Shown: positions 20,269 through 30,486 of the stretch, piece by piece
Numbering within the stretch: the stretch's first letter is position 1
Layout of the letters: each line of letters opens with the position of its first letter
NCBI GenBank assembly: GCA_963707025.1
Contig: CAVPOM010000004.1
Span: forward strand, 480,001-544,000
Direction: 5' to 3'
DNA: 64,000 bases
DNA from: an uncultured Verrucomicrobiae bacterium
Lineage (GTDB): Bacteria > Verrucomicrobiota > Verrucomicrobiia > Limisphaerales > Palsa-1400
Program-made: the position numbers and the translations under genes
Notes under the pieces: model-generated
Databases searched by the model: none
Told to the model about the DNA's origin: nothing
The model's input: the letters and a program-made list of their open reading frames with translations, nothing else

Positions 20269-21669
20269 TCATGGTTGCTCGCTGGCCGGCTCGCCGGTCT
20301 GCGGTGACTCCTGTAACAAGTCATATTGCTTGAGCTTGTATTGCAGGGTGCGCCGGCTGATGCCGAGCACCCTGGCGGCTTCGTCGCGGTTGCGCGTGAC
20401 GTGAGTGAGGGTTTGACGGATGAGCAGTTTCTCCACTTCGGCCAGTGACATGCCGGGACGCGCCGTAAAGGTGGTGGCGCTTTGGTCGTGGGTCCGCAGG
20501 AAGTCGGGCAGGTCCGCCACCTCGACGGTCGAGCTTCGATGCGTGATGACCAGCCGTTCGATCATGTTGCGCAATTGCCGCACGTTGCCCGGCCACGGAA
20601 ACCGCTGGCAGAGCTGCATGGCTTCCGCCGACATCTTCTTGCGCCGCCGCTTGTGCTTGGCGGTGAAGTGCAGAAGGAAATCCTCAATCAGCACCGGGAT
20701 GTCCTCGGCCCGCTCGCGCAGGGGTGGGACGACGACGGGCAGAATTTGCAGGCGATAGAACAGATCTTCCCGAAATTTCCCGGCCGTCACCGCCTTCTGA
20801 AGAGGCTGGTTGGTGGCGGCGATGACGCGCACATTGACGCGCACCAACTCGGTGCCGCCCACCATCCGAAACGCGCCGTCCTCCAGCACCCGCAACAAAT
20901 CGCCCTGGCCTTTGGGGGAGAGGTCGCCGATTTCATCGAGAAAGAGTGTCCCGCCATCGGCGAGTTGAAAGCGGCCCGGCTTGTTGGCCACCGCGCCGGT
21001 GAATGCGCCTTTGACGTGGCCGAACAATTCTGCTTCGAGCAACTGTTCGGGCAAGGCGGCGCAATTGACCGAGATGAACGGCCGGTCGCTCCGCCGGCTT
21101 TTCAAGTGAATCGAGCGGGCGACCAGTTCCTTGCCCGTGCCGCTCTCGCCTTCCAGGAGGACGGTGACGTCGCTCTGGGCCACTTCATCAATGGAACGCA
21201 GGATGGAGTGAACGCTTTCACTGACGCCGAGCAACTGGCTGGGTTCGGACCGCTTTTGCAGACGCAGCCGTAACTCGTTGTTCTCGGCAATGACGGCCTG
21301 AAATTCCAGCGCCTTGGTCACCTGTGCGCGCAGGCGCTGCATGTCCAGCGGCTTTGAGACATAATCGTAAGCGCCTTCTTTCATGGCTTGCACGGCGCTT
21401 TCCACCGTGCCGAAGGCGGTCATCATAATGAAGAGGGTGTCGCGGCTTTTCTCCCTGGCTTCCTGGAACAATTGCAGCCCGCTCATCCCCGGCATCTTCA
21501 TGTCGGTGAGCACCAGGTTATAGAGCCGGCTGCCGATAAGCTGCAAAGCCGCCGGCGCGTCGTTGGCCGCGTCCACCGCGTAACCTTCGCGCTGGAGCGC
21601 TTCCTGCACGCCGGCGCAGAGGCCGCGCTCGTCGTCCACCACCAGAATATTGATCTTGGATTTATCCAT
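20269..21669 (-). CDS. Sigma54-dependent response regulator (NtrC family)
   Basis: REC domain ILVVDDE...LTDMKMPG; GESGTGKE, GAFTGA, FLDEIG, FREDLFYRL, WPGNVRQL; Fis-type HTH AARVLGISRRTL. Confidence 0.95.
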   Translation of the reverse strand: MDKSKINILVVDDERGLCAGVQEALQREGYAVDAANDAPAALQLIGSRLYNLVLTDMKMPGMSGLQLFQEAREKSRDTLFIMMTAFGTVESAVQAMKEGAYDYVSKPLDMQRLRAQVTKALEFQAVIAENNELRLRLQKRSEPSQLLGVSESVHSILRSIDEVAQSDVTVLLEGESGTGKELVARSIHLKSRRSDRPFISVNCAALPEQLLEAELFGHVKGAFTGAVANKPGRFQLADGGTLFLDEIGDLSPKGQGDLLRVLEDGAFRMVGGTELVRVNVRVIAATNQPLQKAVTAGKFREDLFYRLQILPVVVPPLRERAEDIPVLIEDFLLHFTAKHKRRRKKMSAEAMQLCQRFPWPGNVRQLRNMIERLVITHRSSTVEVADLPDFLRTHDQSATTFTARPGMSLAEVEKLLIRQTLTHVTRNRDEAARVLGISRRTLQYKLKQYDLLQESPQTGEPASEQP

Positions 21670-22413
21670 GCACGGCCTGTTTGGCCCGCAAGGGCAACTG
21701 CACGGTAAAGACCGCGCCGCGGTCCGGCGCATTGGCGACAGAGACAGTGCCGCCGTGGGCGATGACAATTTGCTGAACGATCCAAAGCCCCAGGCCGCTG
21801 CCTTCGGCCTTGGTCGTGAAGAACAACTCGAAGATGGCCGACTGCTTTTCCAACGGAACCCCGGGGCCGGTGTCGCGAGTCTCAATGGCCAGGATTTCAT
21901 TGGCGGTGTCAACATGCGCGCTGACGCCCACTTGGCCCCTGCCTTCCACCGCTTGGATGGCGTTGACGACCAGATTGACCAGAGCCTGCGTGAGTTGGAC
22001 CGGATCAGCGGTGAGCGGGGGCAAGGATTCAGGCGCTTGCATTATAATCTCAACCCCGCGCGCCGCGGCTTCCGGACGCAGCAATTCGCAGACATGATGG
22101 ATCACTTTGGCCACTTGGACCTGCTGCAAGTCGAGCGAGGACGGCCCGGCCAGACTGAGGAACTGTTTGACGATATTCTCCAGGCGGTGCAACTCGCCGC
22201 GAATGATTTCAAACCGGCCGGCGGCCTTTTCCCTGACCAGGCGCCTTGCGCCAAGTCCTCCTCCAGCAATTGCACATGGATGTCGAGCGAACTGAGTGGA
22301 TTGCGAATCTCGTGCGCCAGACGGGCCAGCAGGCGCGAGAGCAAAAGCTGTTTCTCCTGCGCCGCCAGCTTGCTCACGTCCTGACCCAGCGCAGTTGCCA
22401 AGATTTTTTCCAT
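21662..22413 (-). CDS. Histidine kinase (HisKA + HATPase, no evident sensor domain), frameshift near 22230
   Basis: LAHEIRNPL in one frame; NLVVNAIQA, DTGPG and FFTTKAEGSGLGL in ORF 21662..22192. Confidence 0.85.
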
Positions 22414-22527
22414 CGCGACACGAAGGATGCCAGAGACGCGGCCTCGAATCCAGACCTGTTCGCGATCCGGCCGCCGATTTTTAAGCTGGAGTAATTTCGC
22501 ATTCAGAACAGAATTGGAGATGAAACC

Positions 22528-24276
22528 ATGAAAGCGGGAAGCGACGCCTTTGAGCCTTTTGCCCTCCCGGACTGCGCTCCGGCCGTGTTGCCGCCGGAAG
22601 TGCGGGAGCGCGGGCATGTGTTGTCGCTGCTGGGCGTGAAGTATCTGCGGCTGAAGACGGAGGACGGCGGGGATCTCTACTTGACGCATTTCGGCCTGCC
22701 GTTCTGGCAGAATCTCCTGCCGGAAAACTGGTATGCCCGGGAGTGGTTCGAAGCCAAGCGGGAGCGGTTGGAAGGCACCAGCACGATTTACAAAGTGCCC
22801 ACCCGCCGGGTGAGCGGCCGCATGTTGAGCCTCGTCGTCAAATGGTCGCGCGTGGGCGAATACGTGCCGCTGGATACGCTCACGATCAACCGCTTCATGC
22901 ATGCCGAGTTTAACAGTCCGTTTGAGGAGTTCTCGCTGCTGATGGAGTTGCGCCAGGGCGAAACCGGCCCGCCGGGCATTCACATCCGCACCCAGCAACC
23001 GCTGGCCATTTATGTGCCCAGCGAGCGGCTGCAACTCTGGGAAACCGGGCGTTCCGAATCCAAGCTGCGGGCCAAGTTGATCCGCCATTCCGAGGTCGAG
23101 ATTGATATTCTCCGGCAATACGTCGTCCTCTACGGCTGGATCAAAGGGTTGAACGCGGTGGAGATGGCGCAGCATTTGCTTTTCCCGGAGCGGGCGCGGG
23201 CCGAGTTCCTCGCCGCCGCCACCAGTCTGGCCACCCACGAACTATTGCTCAAGGGTTACCGGGTGATTGATATGAAGCCGGCCCATATCATCCTCAGGCA
23301 CGGCCGCAACCAGCCGCTGTTGCGCGACCGGCACGGGCAGTTCGCCTACGCCCTGGTGGATTACGAATTGCTGGAGCGCACGCCCGAACACGAGCAGGCG
23401 GTGCGCGCTTCCAACCGGCAGCTCTACCTCCAGCACATGGCCCGGCGGTTTGAATCCGATGCCGCCGGACCGATGCCCGCCCACTTGCGCGCCACCAACG
23501 TGCTGGGAGTGGATTATATTTTTGGCCGCGCGGAAAGCACCGGCGGCCTCCTCTGGGTCGTCGGCAAGGACCCCGACCTGTTCAATTATTTCCTCCCGGA
23601 ACGCTGGCGGCGAACGCCCAAGAAACGGCTGTCTTCGCACAACCAGGTTTTCCACACCCGCACCAAGGATGACATCAACCTGGTCTGGAGGGTTTCGCGG
23701 ATGGGCGACTTGCCCTGGCTGGTGAATCCCAAGGCGGTCCAGCAGCCGGCGCGGGATTACGGCTTCAACAGCCCCTTTGAAGAATTCGCGTTTGCCTTGC
23801 AATTGGGCCGGGGCGGCACCCGGACGATCTATCCCCGCGCCATCTACATGACCGGCAGCAAGCGGGATCCGGGGCGGAAAACCACCGACCAACGCCGCGG
23901 CGCGGCCTTGGCGCACCTGCGCACTCCGGACGGCGAGCCGGCGGTCCGCCACGATTGCGATTACATTACCATCTGGGGCTTCTGGAACGGCCCGGATCAG
24001 CTTTTGGCGGCGCACGACGGCCGCTATTACACGTCGCTCAATGCCAACCGCGCCTCGGCCCGCCACTTTATCACCCGACAGATGATGGCCGGGTTGATGC
24101 AATCGAAGGCAAACAAGCTGGCGCGTTGCGGCCTGGAGGACCTCAACCTCAAGGCCGATCATCTCCTGATCTCCTTTGATTCCGAGCACAACCTGGTGCT
24201 GGACACCTTCGGCAAGCCCGAAGTGCGCCTCTGCAATTTTGAGCTGGTCTGCCGAAAGGACGCGCGACCTGAGTAA
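22528..24276 (+). CDS. Hypothetical protein with two tandem protein-kinase-like domains
   Basis: Internal duplication: LVVKWSRVG/LVWRVSRMG, FNSPFEEF x2, DMKPAHIIL/NLKADHLLI, LVDYELL/LCNFELV. Confidence 0.7.
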   Translation: MKAGSDAFEPFALPDCAPAVLPPEVRERGHVLSLLGVKYLRLKTEDGGDLYLTHFGLPFWQNLLPENWYAREWFEAKRERLEGTSTIYKVPTRRVSGRMLSLVVKWSRVGEYVPLDTLTINRFMHAEFNSPFEEFSLLMELRQGETGPPGIHIRTQQPLAIYVPSERLQLWETGRSESKLRAKLIRHSEVEIDILRQYVVLYGWIKGLNAVEMAQHLLFPERARAEFLAAATSLATHELLLKGYRVIDMKPAHIILRHGRNQPLLRDRHGQFAYALVDYELLERTPEHEQAVRASNRQLYLQHMARRFESDAAGPMPAHLRATNVLGVDYIFGRAESTGGLLWVVGKDPDLFNYFLPERWRRTPKKRLSSHNQVFHTRTKDDINLVWRVSRMGDLPWLVNPKAVQQPARDYGFNSPFEEFAFALQLGRGGTRTIYPRAIYMTGSKRDPGRKTTDQRRGAALAHLRTPDGEPAVRHDCDYITIWGFWNGPDQLLAAHDGRYYTSLNANRASARHFITRQMMAGLMQSKANKLARCGLEDLNLKADHLLISFDSEHNLVLDTFGKPEVRLCNFELVCRKDARPE

Positions 24277-24630
24277 TCTTTTTTGACAATATTTTAGTGA
24301 GACAACCGGACTTATTAAGACGTTAAGCAAACGTCCGTGATAATTCCCCGCGCATTGTGAATTTCGATAGTCCTGCCATGCCTGTTTGTTGCCGGCAAAA
24401 TTGCCGGGCAGCATCAACATGGGCATTTCGGCGGGCATGTGGATGGTCCCTCGCTGGAGTTTCTTTGGCAATACTACTGGAACAAGCTGTGGGTCGTTCC
24501 CGCCAGGCGACCGGGGTACGCGGCCCGGGGTACTGAGAGTCCCTCCTCACCCGGGTAGCGCGGGGAGTTCACAAAGCAAGGCCAAACAAGTCCCCGGCGA
24601 TCGGGCGCCGCGGTTCGCAATGCCCGTGTG

Positions 24631-27600
24631 TTAATGGATCGTGCCCATTGAATTGGTCCAGCGGTATTCAGCCGCGCCGTTGAGCGGCAAACGCCATCGC
24701 GAGCCGGTCTGCACGGGAATGGCTTCGGACGCGCTCCCCCCGGCGCATTGCACTTTGGCGGGTTGCGCGAAGCGTGTCCGATCAAACTCGAGGGTGAAAT
24801 TGCGCTCGCGCGGCCAAGTCTTGAGAACCCATTCGTTGCTTTCCTGATGGAGCCGGATGCTGCCGTCAGTTCGCGCGCCTCCAAAATCCACCACGCTGTT
24901 CAAGTTGTTCAGGTGCCGGCCATACCAGGTGGAGGGATCGAAAGCGGTCATATTCGTTTCGGCGGTGAACGTGACTGACGCGCCGGCGTTGGCCAGGTGC
25001 AGCACCCCCAGGCGGATGCGCAAAGTCCCGTCATCCGATCCTTGCAGTGGCACGCGGTGGCCATCGCCCGCGGCCTCAAACAGACCTATGAGCCAGTCAT
25101 AATCGCCGTCGGCCAGGCCGCCAGGGAGGGTGACATTCCACGGGCCGTCGTTGATGGCCTGGCCCGCCTGCCATTGCGAAGTGGGCGGCGAAACCGCGTG
25201 GTCCTGCTGGATGCAAATAATTCCGTTGGCGCAAAAATGGACGAAACAAGTGTAGTTTTTGGCCAGCCGATCCTGCACGTCCCACCGGTAGGTGAGCCGG
25301 AAGGCGCGCGCGCCGGTTTGCTCAAAAGAGGCGACGCTCGGATGCACGCGACGGTAACTGGACAAATTCCAGTCGGCGGCTGCCCGGGCGTTCAAGAAAA
25401 GTGTCTCGCCGGTGTCGGCGAAGTCGGCGATCACGCCATCGCGCATCGTCGTGCCGGCAGCGACCCCGGCGCCCTCGGCCACCCAGCCCAGGTCCGGCAA
25501 AAGCCACGAGCCTGCGGCCAGAACATTGGAGGAGCCGTTGGCGGTGACAACCAGGCCGTTTTCGTACCGAACCCGAACGCGGTTCCAGACGCCGGCGTCG
25601 TCGAGCTTGGCCGCGGCGGTGGCATCAATCCACGCGCCGTGAGTTTCGTAGAGGATCTCGCGGGGCCGCGCCAGCGCGTAGCGGGCCATGACCGGCGAAA
25701 GCAAATGATGTTCCAACCAGGCCAACGGAACGTTGGCATAGACGGAAGCGTCGAGGAACCCGGCGTGTCCATACGCCACCTCCTGCATCCGGTAGCGGTC
25801 CAGCACCACCATGGGCACGGGTCCCGCCCAATTGCTCTGGTAAGACTCGGTGGGCCACCAACGGCTGTAGTAGCCCATGCCGTGGTTGAACTGGAGTGGA
25901 TGGATCTTGAGCAGATCAAAATCCACGGCCAGAGGCGCGGTGAAGCCGCCGTTGCCGGCCCAACCGCTCCCGAACTGGGCTTCCACGCCGTCCAGGCAGC
26001 CGCTCCAGTACCAATGATTGTTGCCTTCCCCGAAGACAGGGCCGTGATGCGTGTCGCGTTCGTAAGCCCAAAGTTGCCGGTGAACATCCCACACCCGGCT
26101 GCACTGGCCGGCCCCGGTTTGGCCGGCGCGGTCGTCCACATGAAACCACGGCGGCACTGCGCTATGCACGTCCAGGTAGTCGGCCGGCGTGTTGTAACGA
26201 CGATGAATCTCCGGGGACTGGGTGGCGGCCAGGCGCAGGATGGCATTGGGCTTGACGGCAAAGGATTGGATGCGGGTGCCGAGATTGTACCAGGCGCGTT
26301 GCAGGTTTCCGGCGGAGTCGAGGGCGATGTCGTTCGTGTCATAGAAATCGTAGTTTGGGTAGTAATCCACGTAGTTCTCATGGAGCGCACACCGGATGCC
26401 CAGGCGCGCGCCGGTGGCGACCAGGTTGCTCATGCCGGCATCACCCCCGTAACGGGCGTTGGCCGGATAGTGCATGGGCAGGGCATTGTCGTAGCCGCTG
26501 CGCTGCCAATCGTGAATGAGAGCCACGCAGTTGGTGATGCCATAGCCGGCCAGCTTGCTCAGGTTGGCGGCGATGTTGGCGAAACTGCCGCCCCAGACGT
26601 CCAGCACGATCTTGTTGGCCAGAAAATCGCGCCAGGGCGAAGGCGGGTTCGGTGGATTCGGCAGGACCTCCGCCAGATGCCAGGCGGCCGTGAAAACGGC
26701 GCGCTCCCGCAGTTGGGCGCGCGTGCCGTCGGTGAGCGCGTCGTAGCTGGCTTTGGTCCCACTGTATGATGTGGCGGCGGAACTGGTCCAATCGAGCAGC
26801 GCGCCGACAAAGAGACCTTCTTGCGGGAGATAATGGACGGCGCCGGGATAGTAGGGCACCGGGACCTGGCGTCGCCGCACTACTGGCCCCCAGGCGCCGA
26901 GGTCGAGCGCGGTCACCCAGGGTTGATCGCAGGAGAGCGCCAGCACCAGGCTCTTGCCCGCCCATCGCCCGGTGATGCGAACGGTGGCAGAGGCCGAGCC
27001 GGCGTCGAAAGTTCGCCAGAGCGTGCAGCCCTGATTGGTCAGGAGCCATCCGCTGGCGACCGGCCGAGCCGGCCTGGCTCCACACAAGCGCCGCCGAGTT
27101 TGCCAATGGCAGCGTGAGGGGTGTGTCGCCCGCCATCTGCGCGTGGAGCGTGAGTAGGCCAAACAGACCATCGTTGGCGGACTGCGGGGCACGCCATTGA
27201 TACTCAAGGACCCCGTCAAGGCCCGTGTAACGGAAACGGGCCACGCCGTTGGACAGGCTGATCGCGGAAGTCCCCGGGAATCCGCTTTGGGGCGCTACTT
27301 CGGTCCTTTCTCCGGCCCACAGGTTGGAGAGGGCCAGAGGCGGGGGCGGAGGGCGGGCTGGAACGGGCGGGACATAGCCCTCCAGCACCAGTTCGCGGTT
27401 GCCCCAGAATGAGTAGTCAAATGAAGGATTGTTTTTAGGGCCGGGATCCACCTCGAAGCGCACCGTCAGGTTGGACCCGCGGCGGGCGCTGAAATCGAAT
27501 TCAAACTCGCGCCAGACATCGTTGGTCTGGTGATAGTCGAACAGCTTGCGGCCGTCGGCGTAGAGGCGGAAAGTGACCCCGTCGGAGTTGGTCACGTTCT

Positions 27601-27964
27601 GCGAGCGCATCGCCGTGGCGCCCCGCAGCAGGATGCGCCTGGCCTCGGATGGAAGACGGATGACGAATTGCTGGAAGGCGATGCCCGTGCCCTGGCGCCA
27701 GGGGCAGTGCAGCAGGAAGGCCCGCTCTCCATTTTGCGTGCCGAATGGCTCGCACGCCACGCCCGTGCGGTCCTCGAAAAAGCCCGACCAGCCCACTGGA
27801 AACTGCTGCTCGGCCTGGCCGCGGTAGGCAAATCCGACGGCGTAAACCCCCAGCTCATCCAGATTCAGCACCGCCAGGTCGGGACGGACGGCTGGTTGCG
27901 CCCTGGCGCAGGCCACCAAGGCGGCGGCGCTCAGGGCAAGCAGCGCCCGGCGGATAGGCTTCAT
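24631..27964 (-). CDS. Large secreted putative glycoside hydrolase (GH101/GH129/DUF5696-like barrel), frameshift near 27070
   Basis: Signal MKPIRRALLALSAAAL in ORF 26441..28039; core WQRSGYDNALP, ALHENYVDYY, YLDVHSA, FGEG in ORF 24631..27219. Confidence 0.65.
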
Positions 27965-28132
27965 ACGATTGGACGCCAGCCTATCCCGGTCGGCCAAGGG
28001 TGGCAAGAAATGAGATATTCCCAACCTATGGCTGCACACCCCGTCCGGGATGCGCCGGATCGGCCAGCCAATCTGCAGGCCAGCCTCGTTTTTATACTAG
28101 TTTTGCAGAGCGGTTCCAGGCAACCTAAAGCC

Positions 28133-30277
28133 ATGAAGAAGAGTCTTCCCGTTTCGGCGCGGCTGCCGGCCCTGCTGGTTCTGTTTGCTCTTTCCGTGTC
28201 TCAGCCGGCTGGAGGCGCCGGAGTAGTATTGGAAGACGATTCGCTCCTCGTCGCATTCGACAGCGATACCGGCGCGTTGACGCGTTTGGAAAATAAATCC
28301 ACGCACTGGACGATCGAGCGCCGTCCGGAGTTGGGCGTGTCGTTCCGTCTCCACGCGCCGCTGCCGGACCGCCGCGATAATTTTGTGCTGGGGCAGAAAC
28401 AGCGCGCCACGGCGGTCAATAAAATTTCAAACCACGAGGTGCGTTTCCAGTGGCAGGATTTGTTGAGTGAACACGGCGGGACGCTGCCGATGATTTTCAG
28501 CGCCACTGTGACCTTGAGCAATGGCGTTCTAATCTTTGGCGGGACGCTCCAGAACAATTCTTCGCTCATGGTTGAAACCATCGAGTACCCGTATTTTGGC
28601 GACTTTAACCCGCCGGCGCCCGGCAGCTCGCTGCACACCCGGCACATGTGGTACGGCAACCTCGCCTCCAGCGAGATTTATCCCGGTTTTAACAACCAAA
28701 AAGGCTATTGGGGCGTTGATTTTCCGATGCAGACCATAGATTCCAAACAAAGTTTGTTTTGTTTGATTCAGGCGCCAGAAGAAGGTTTGTATGTGGAAAT
28801 GCATGATCCGACCCAGCGTTATCTGCTGGAATACACTTTCGAGCAACATCCGGGAGTCGTTCAGTCCATCAACAATTGGGCGCCCCAAAGTGATGCCATC
28901 TCCGGTTTGCCGGTGCATCTGGAATTTCGGACGTGTCATTTTCTCTTTGTTCATCCGCATGCGGCCGTGGACCTGGCTCCGGTCGTGCTGCGCTCTTACA
29001 AGGGTGACTGGCATGCAGGGGTGGATTTGTATAAGGAGTGGCGCGCCACCTGGTTCAAGCCGCCCCATTTTCCCCAGTGGGTTAAGGAGGTCAACGCCTG
29101 GCAGCAATTGCAGATCAATTCACCCGAGGAGGAGTACCGCGTGGCCTATACGAATCTGATTCACTACGGTCAGGAATGCGCCACCAATGGCGTCAGCGCC
29201 ATCCAACTGGTGGGATGGAATCGCGGCGGACAGGACGGTGGGGACCCTGCGCAGGAGACGGACCCTGGCCTGGGCACCTGGCAGGAATTGCATGATGCCA
29301 TTGCGCAAATCCAGGCCCAGGGGGTTAACATCATCCTCTTCGCCAAGCTCAACTGGGCGGACATGACCACCGCCTGGTTCACCAATGAACTTTTCAAATA
29401 CGGAGCGACTGACCCGTTTGGCATTCCTTATGAACAAGGCGGCTACAGCTATCACACGCCGACGCAGTTGGCCGGCATCAACAACCGCCGGCGGGCGGTC
29501 ATGGATTTTGTCAGTCCGGAGTACCAGGCGATTGCGGCCGGGGAATTTGTGAAATTAATGAAGCTTGGTTCCACCGGCTGGCTCTGGGATGAGATTTGTC
29601 ATCACGGCCCGGTGGAATACAGCTTTGCCGCCAACCACGGCTATGCTCCTCCCGGCTACATCTACGCCGGCGATATTCCGCTGACCGCGCGATTGCGCGC
29701 CGCGGCCGACAAGATGAAGCCGGATTTCCTTTTCAGCGGCGAGGGTCCCCAGGATTGGCTGATGCCATATTACGTCTCCTACTTCCGCATCAATGGCGGT
29801 TCGACGCCCGTTTGCCGTTACCTGGACCCGCAGGCGCCGCTGATGGTTGCGGTCACCGGCTTGGACGATCGCGAGATGCTCAATCTCATATTGTTGGACC
29901 GCTATATTATCAGTTACGAGCCTTACAACTTCAAAGGTCATTTGACGGATTTCCCGCTCACCCTGGCCTACGGCCGGAAGATTGACGCCTTGCGCAGGCG
30001 CTACAAGGCTTATCTGTGGGACGCCGATTTTCGCGATACTTTGGGCGCCAGTGTGAACGCCAATGGTTCACATCGTTATTCTGTATTCGTTACTGCCGCC
30101 GGCAAGCGCGCGGTCGTCGTAGTCAACCAGGAAGCCAGCCGGACCATCACCGCCGGAGTTGAGTTGCCGCAGGCCCGCGAGTTTCTGGTAGCGTCGCCGG
30201 AACAACCCGAGGCCGTCGCCACCACCGGGCCGTTGCAAATCCCAGCCCGCTCGGCCGCGGTGCTGATGGAACAGTAG
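28133..30277 (+). CDS. Secreted putative glycoside hydrolase (DUF6259-like TIM barrel)
   Basis: Signal MKKSLPVS...; GDWHAGVDLYKEW, QLVGWNRGGQDGGDP, WLWDE, FSGEG. Confidence 0.65.
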   Translation: MKKSLPVSARLPALLVLFALSVSQPAGGAGVVLEDDSLLVAFDSDTGALTRLENKSTHWTIERRPELGVSFRLHAPLPDRRDNFVLGQKQRATAVNKISNHEVRFQWQDLLSEHGGTLPMIFSATVTLSNGVLIFGGTLQNNSSLMVETIEYPYFGDFNPPAPGSSLHTRHMWYGNLASSEIYPGFNNQKGYWGVDFPMQTIDSKQSLFCLIQAPEEGLYVEMHDPTQRYLLEYTFEQHPGVVQSINNWAPQSDAISGLPVHLEFRTCHFLFVHPHAAVDLAPVVLRSYKGDWHAGVDLYKEWRATWFKPPHFPQWVKEVNAWQQLQINSPEEEYRVAYTNLIHYGQECATNGVSAIQLVGWNRGGQDGGDPAQETDPGLGTWQELHDAIAQIQAQGVNIILFAKLNWADMTTAWFTNELFKYGATDPFGIPYEQGGYSYHTPTQLAGINNRRRAVMDFVSPEYQAIAAGEFVKLMKLGSTGWLWDEICHHGPVEYSFAANHGYAPPGYIYAGDIPLTARLRAAADKMKPDFLFSGEGPQDWLMPYYVSYFRINGGSTPVCRYLDPQAPLMVAVTGLDDREMLNLILLDRYIISYEPYNFKGHLTDFPLTLAYGRKIDALRRRYKAYLWDADFRDTLGASVNANGSHRYSVFVTAAGKRAVVVVNQEASRTITAGVELPQAREFLVASPEQPEAVATTGPLQIPARSAAVLMEQ

Positions 30278-30283
30278 CAGGGA

Positions 30284-30430
30284 ATGACGGAGCGGAATGT
30301 TGAGGCCAGGACCATCACCGAATCAGGAATACCGCTGGCCAGGGCGGCTGGCGTCAGATTGTTGCCGGTGGAAGGGGGCCGCGCGGTTCTGGAGGCTGGC
30401 TCCGGAAGCTATCGTTTCGCCTCGATTCAC
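30284..30430 (+). pseudogene. C-terminal remnant of a GH78 alpha-L-rhamnosidase-like gene
   Basis: ITESGIPL...GVR...EGGRAVLEAGSGSYRF resembles GH78 C-termini. Confidence 0.55.
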
Positions 30431-30486
30431 ACCGAGTCCTCCCTGAGCGGGCGGTTCGTTGGCGCGTCTGGGAAAGGATAAAGATT

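Noticed and set aside
20269..22413. Naming the two-component pair ntrB/ntrC
   Set aside because: The kinase lacks a PAS domain and is not co-transcribed with glnA; orthology is unproven.
27530..28132. N-terminal extension of ORF 27530..30277
   Set aside because: Overlaps the divergent gene on the minus strand; the signal peptide starts at 28133.
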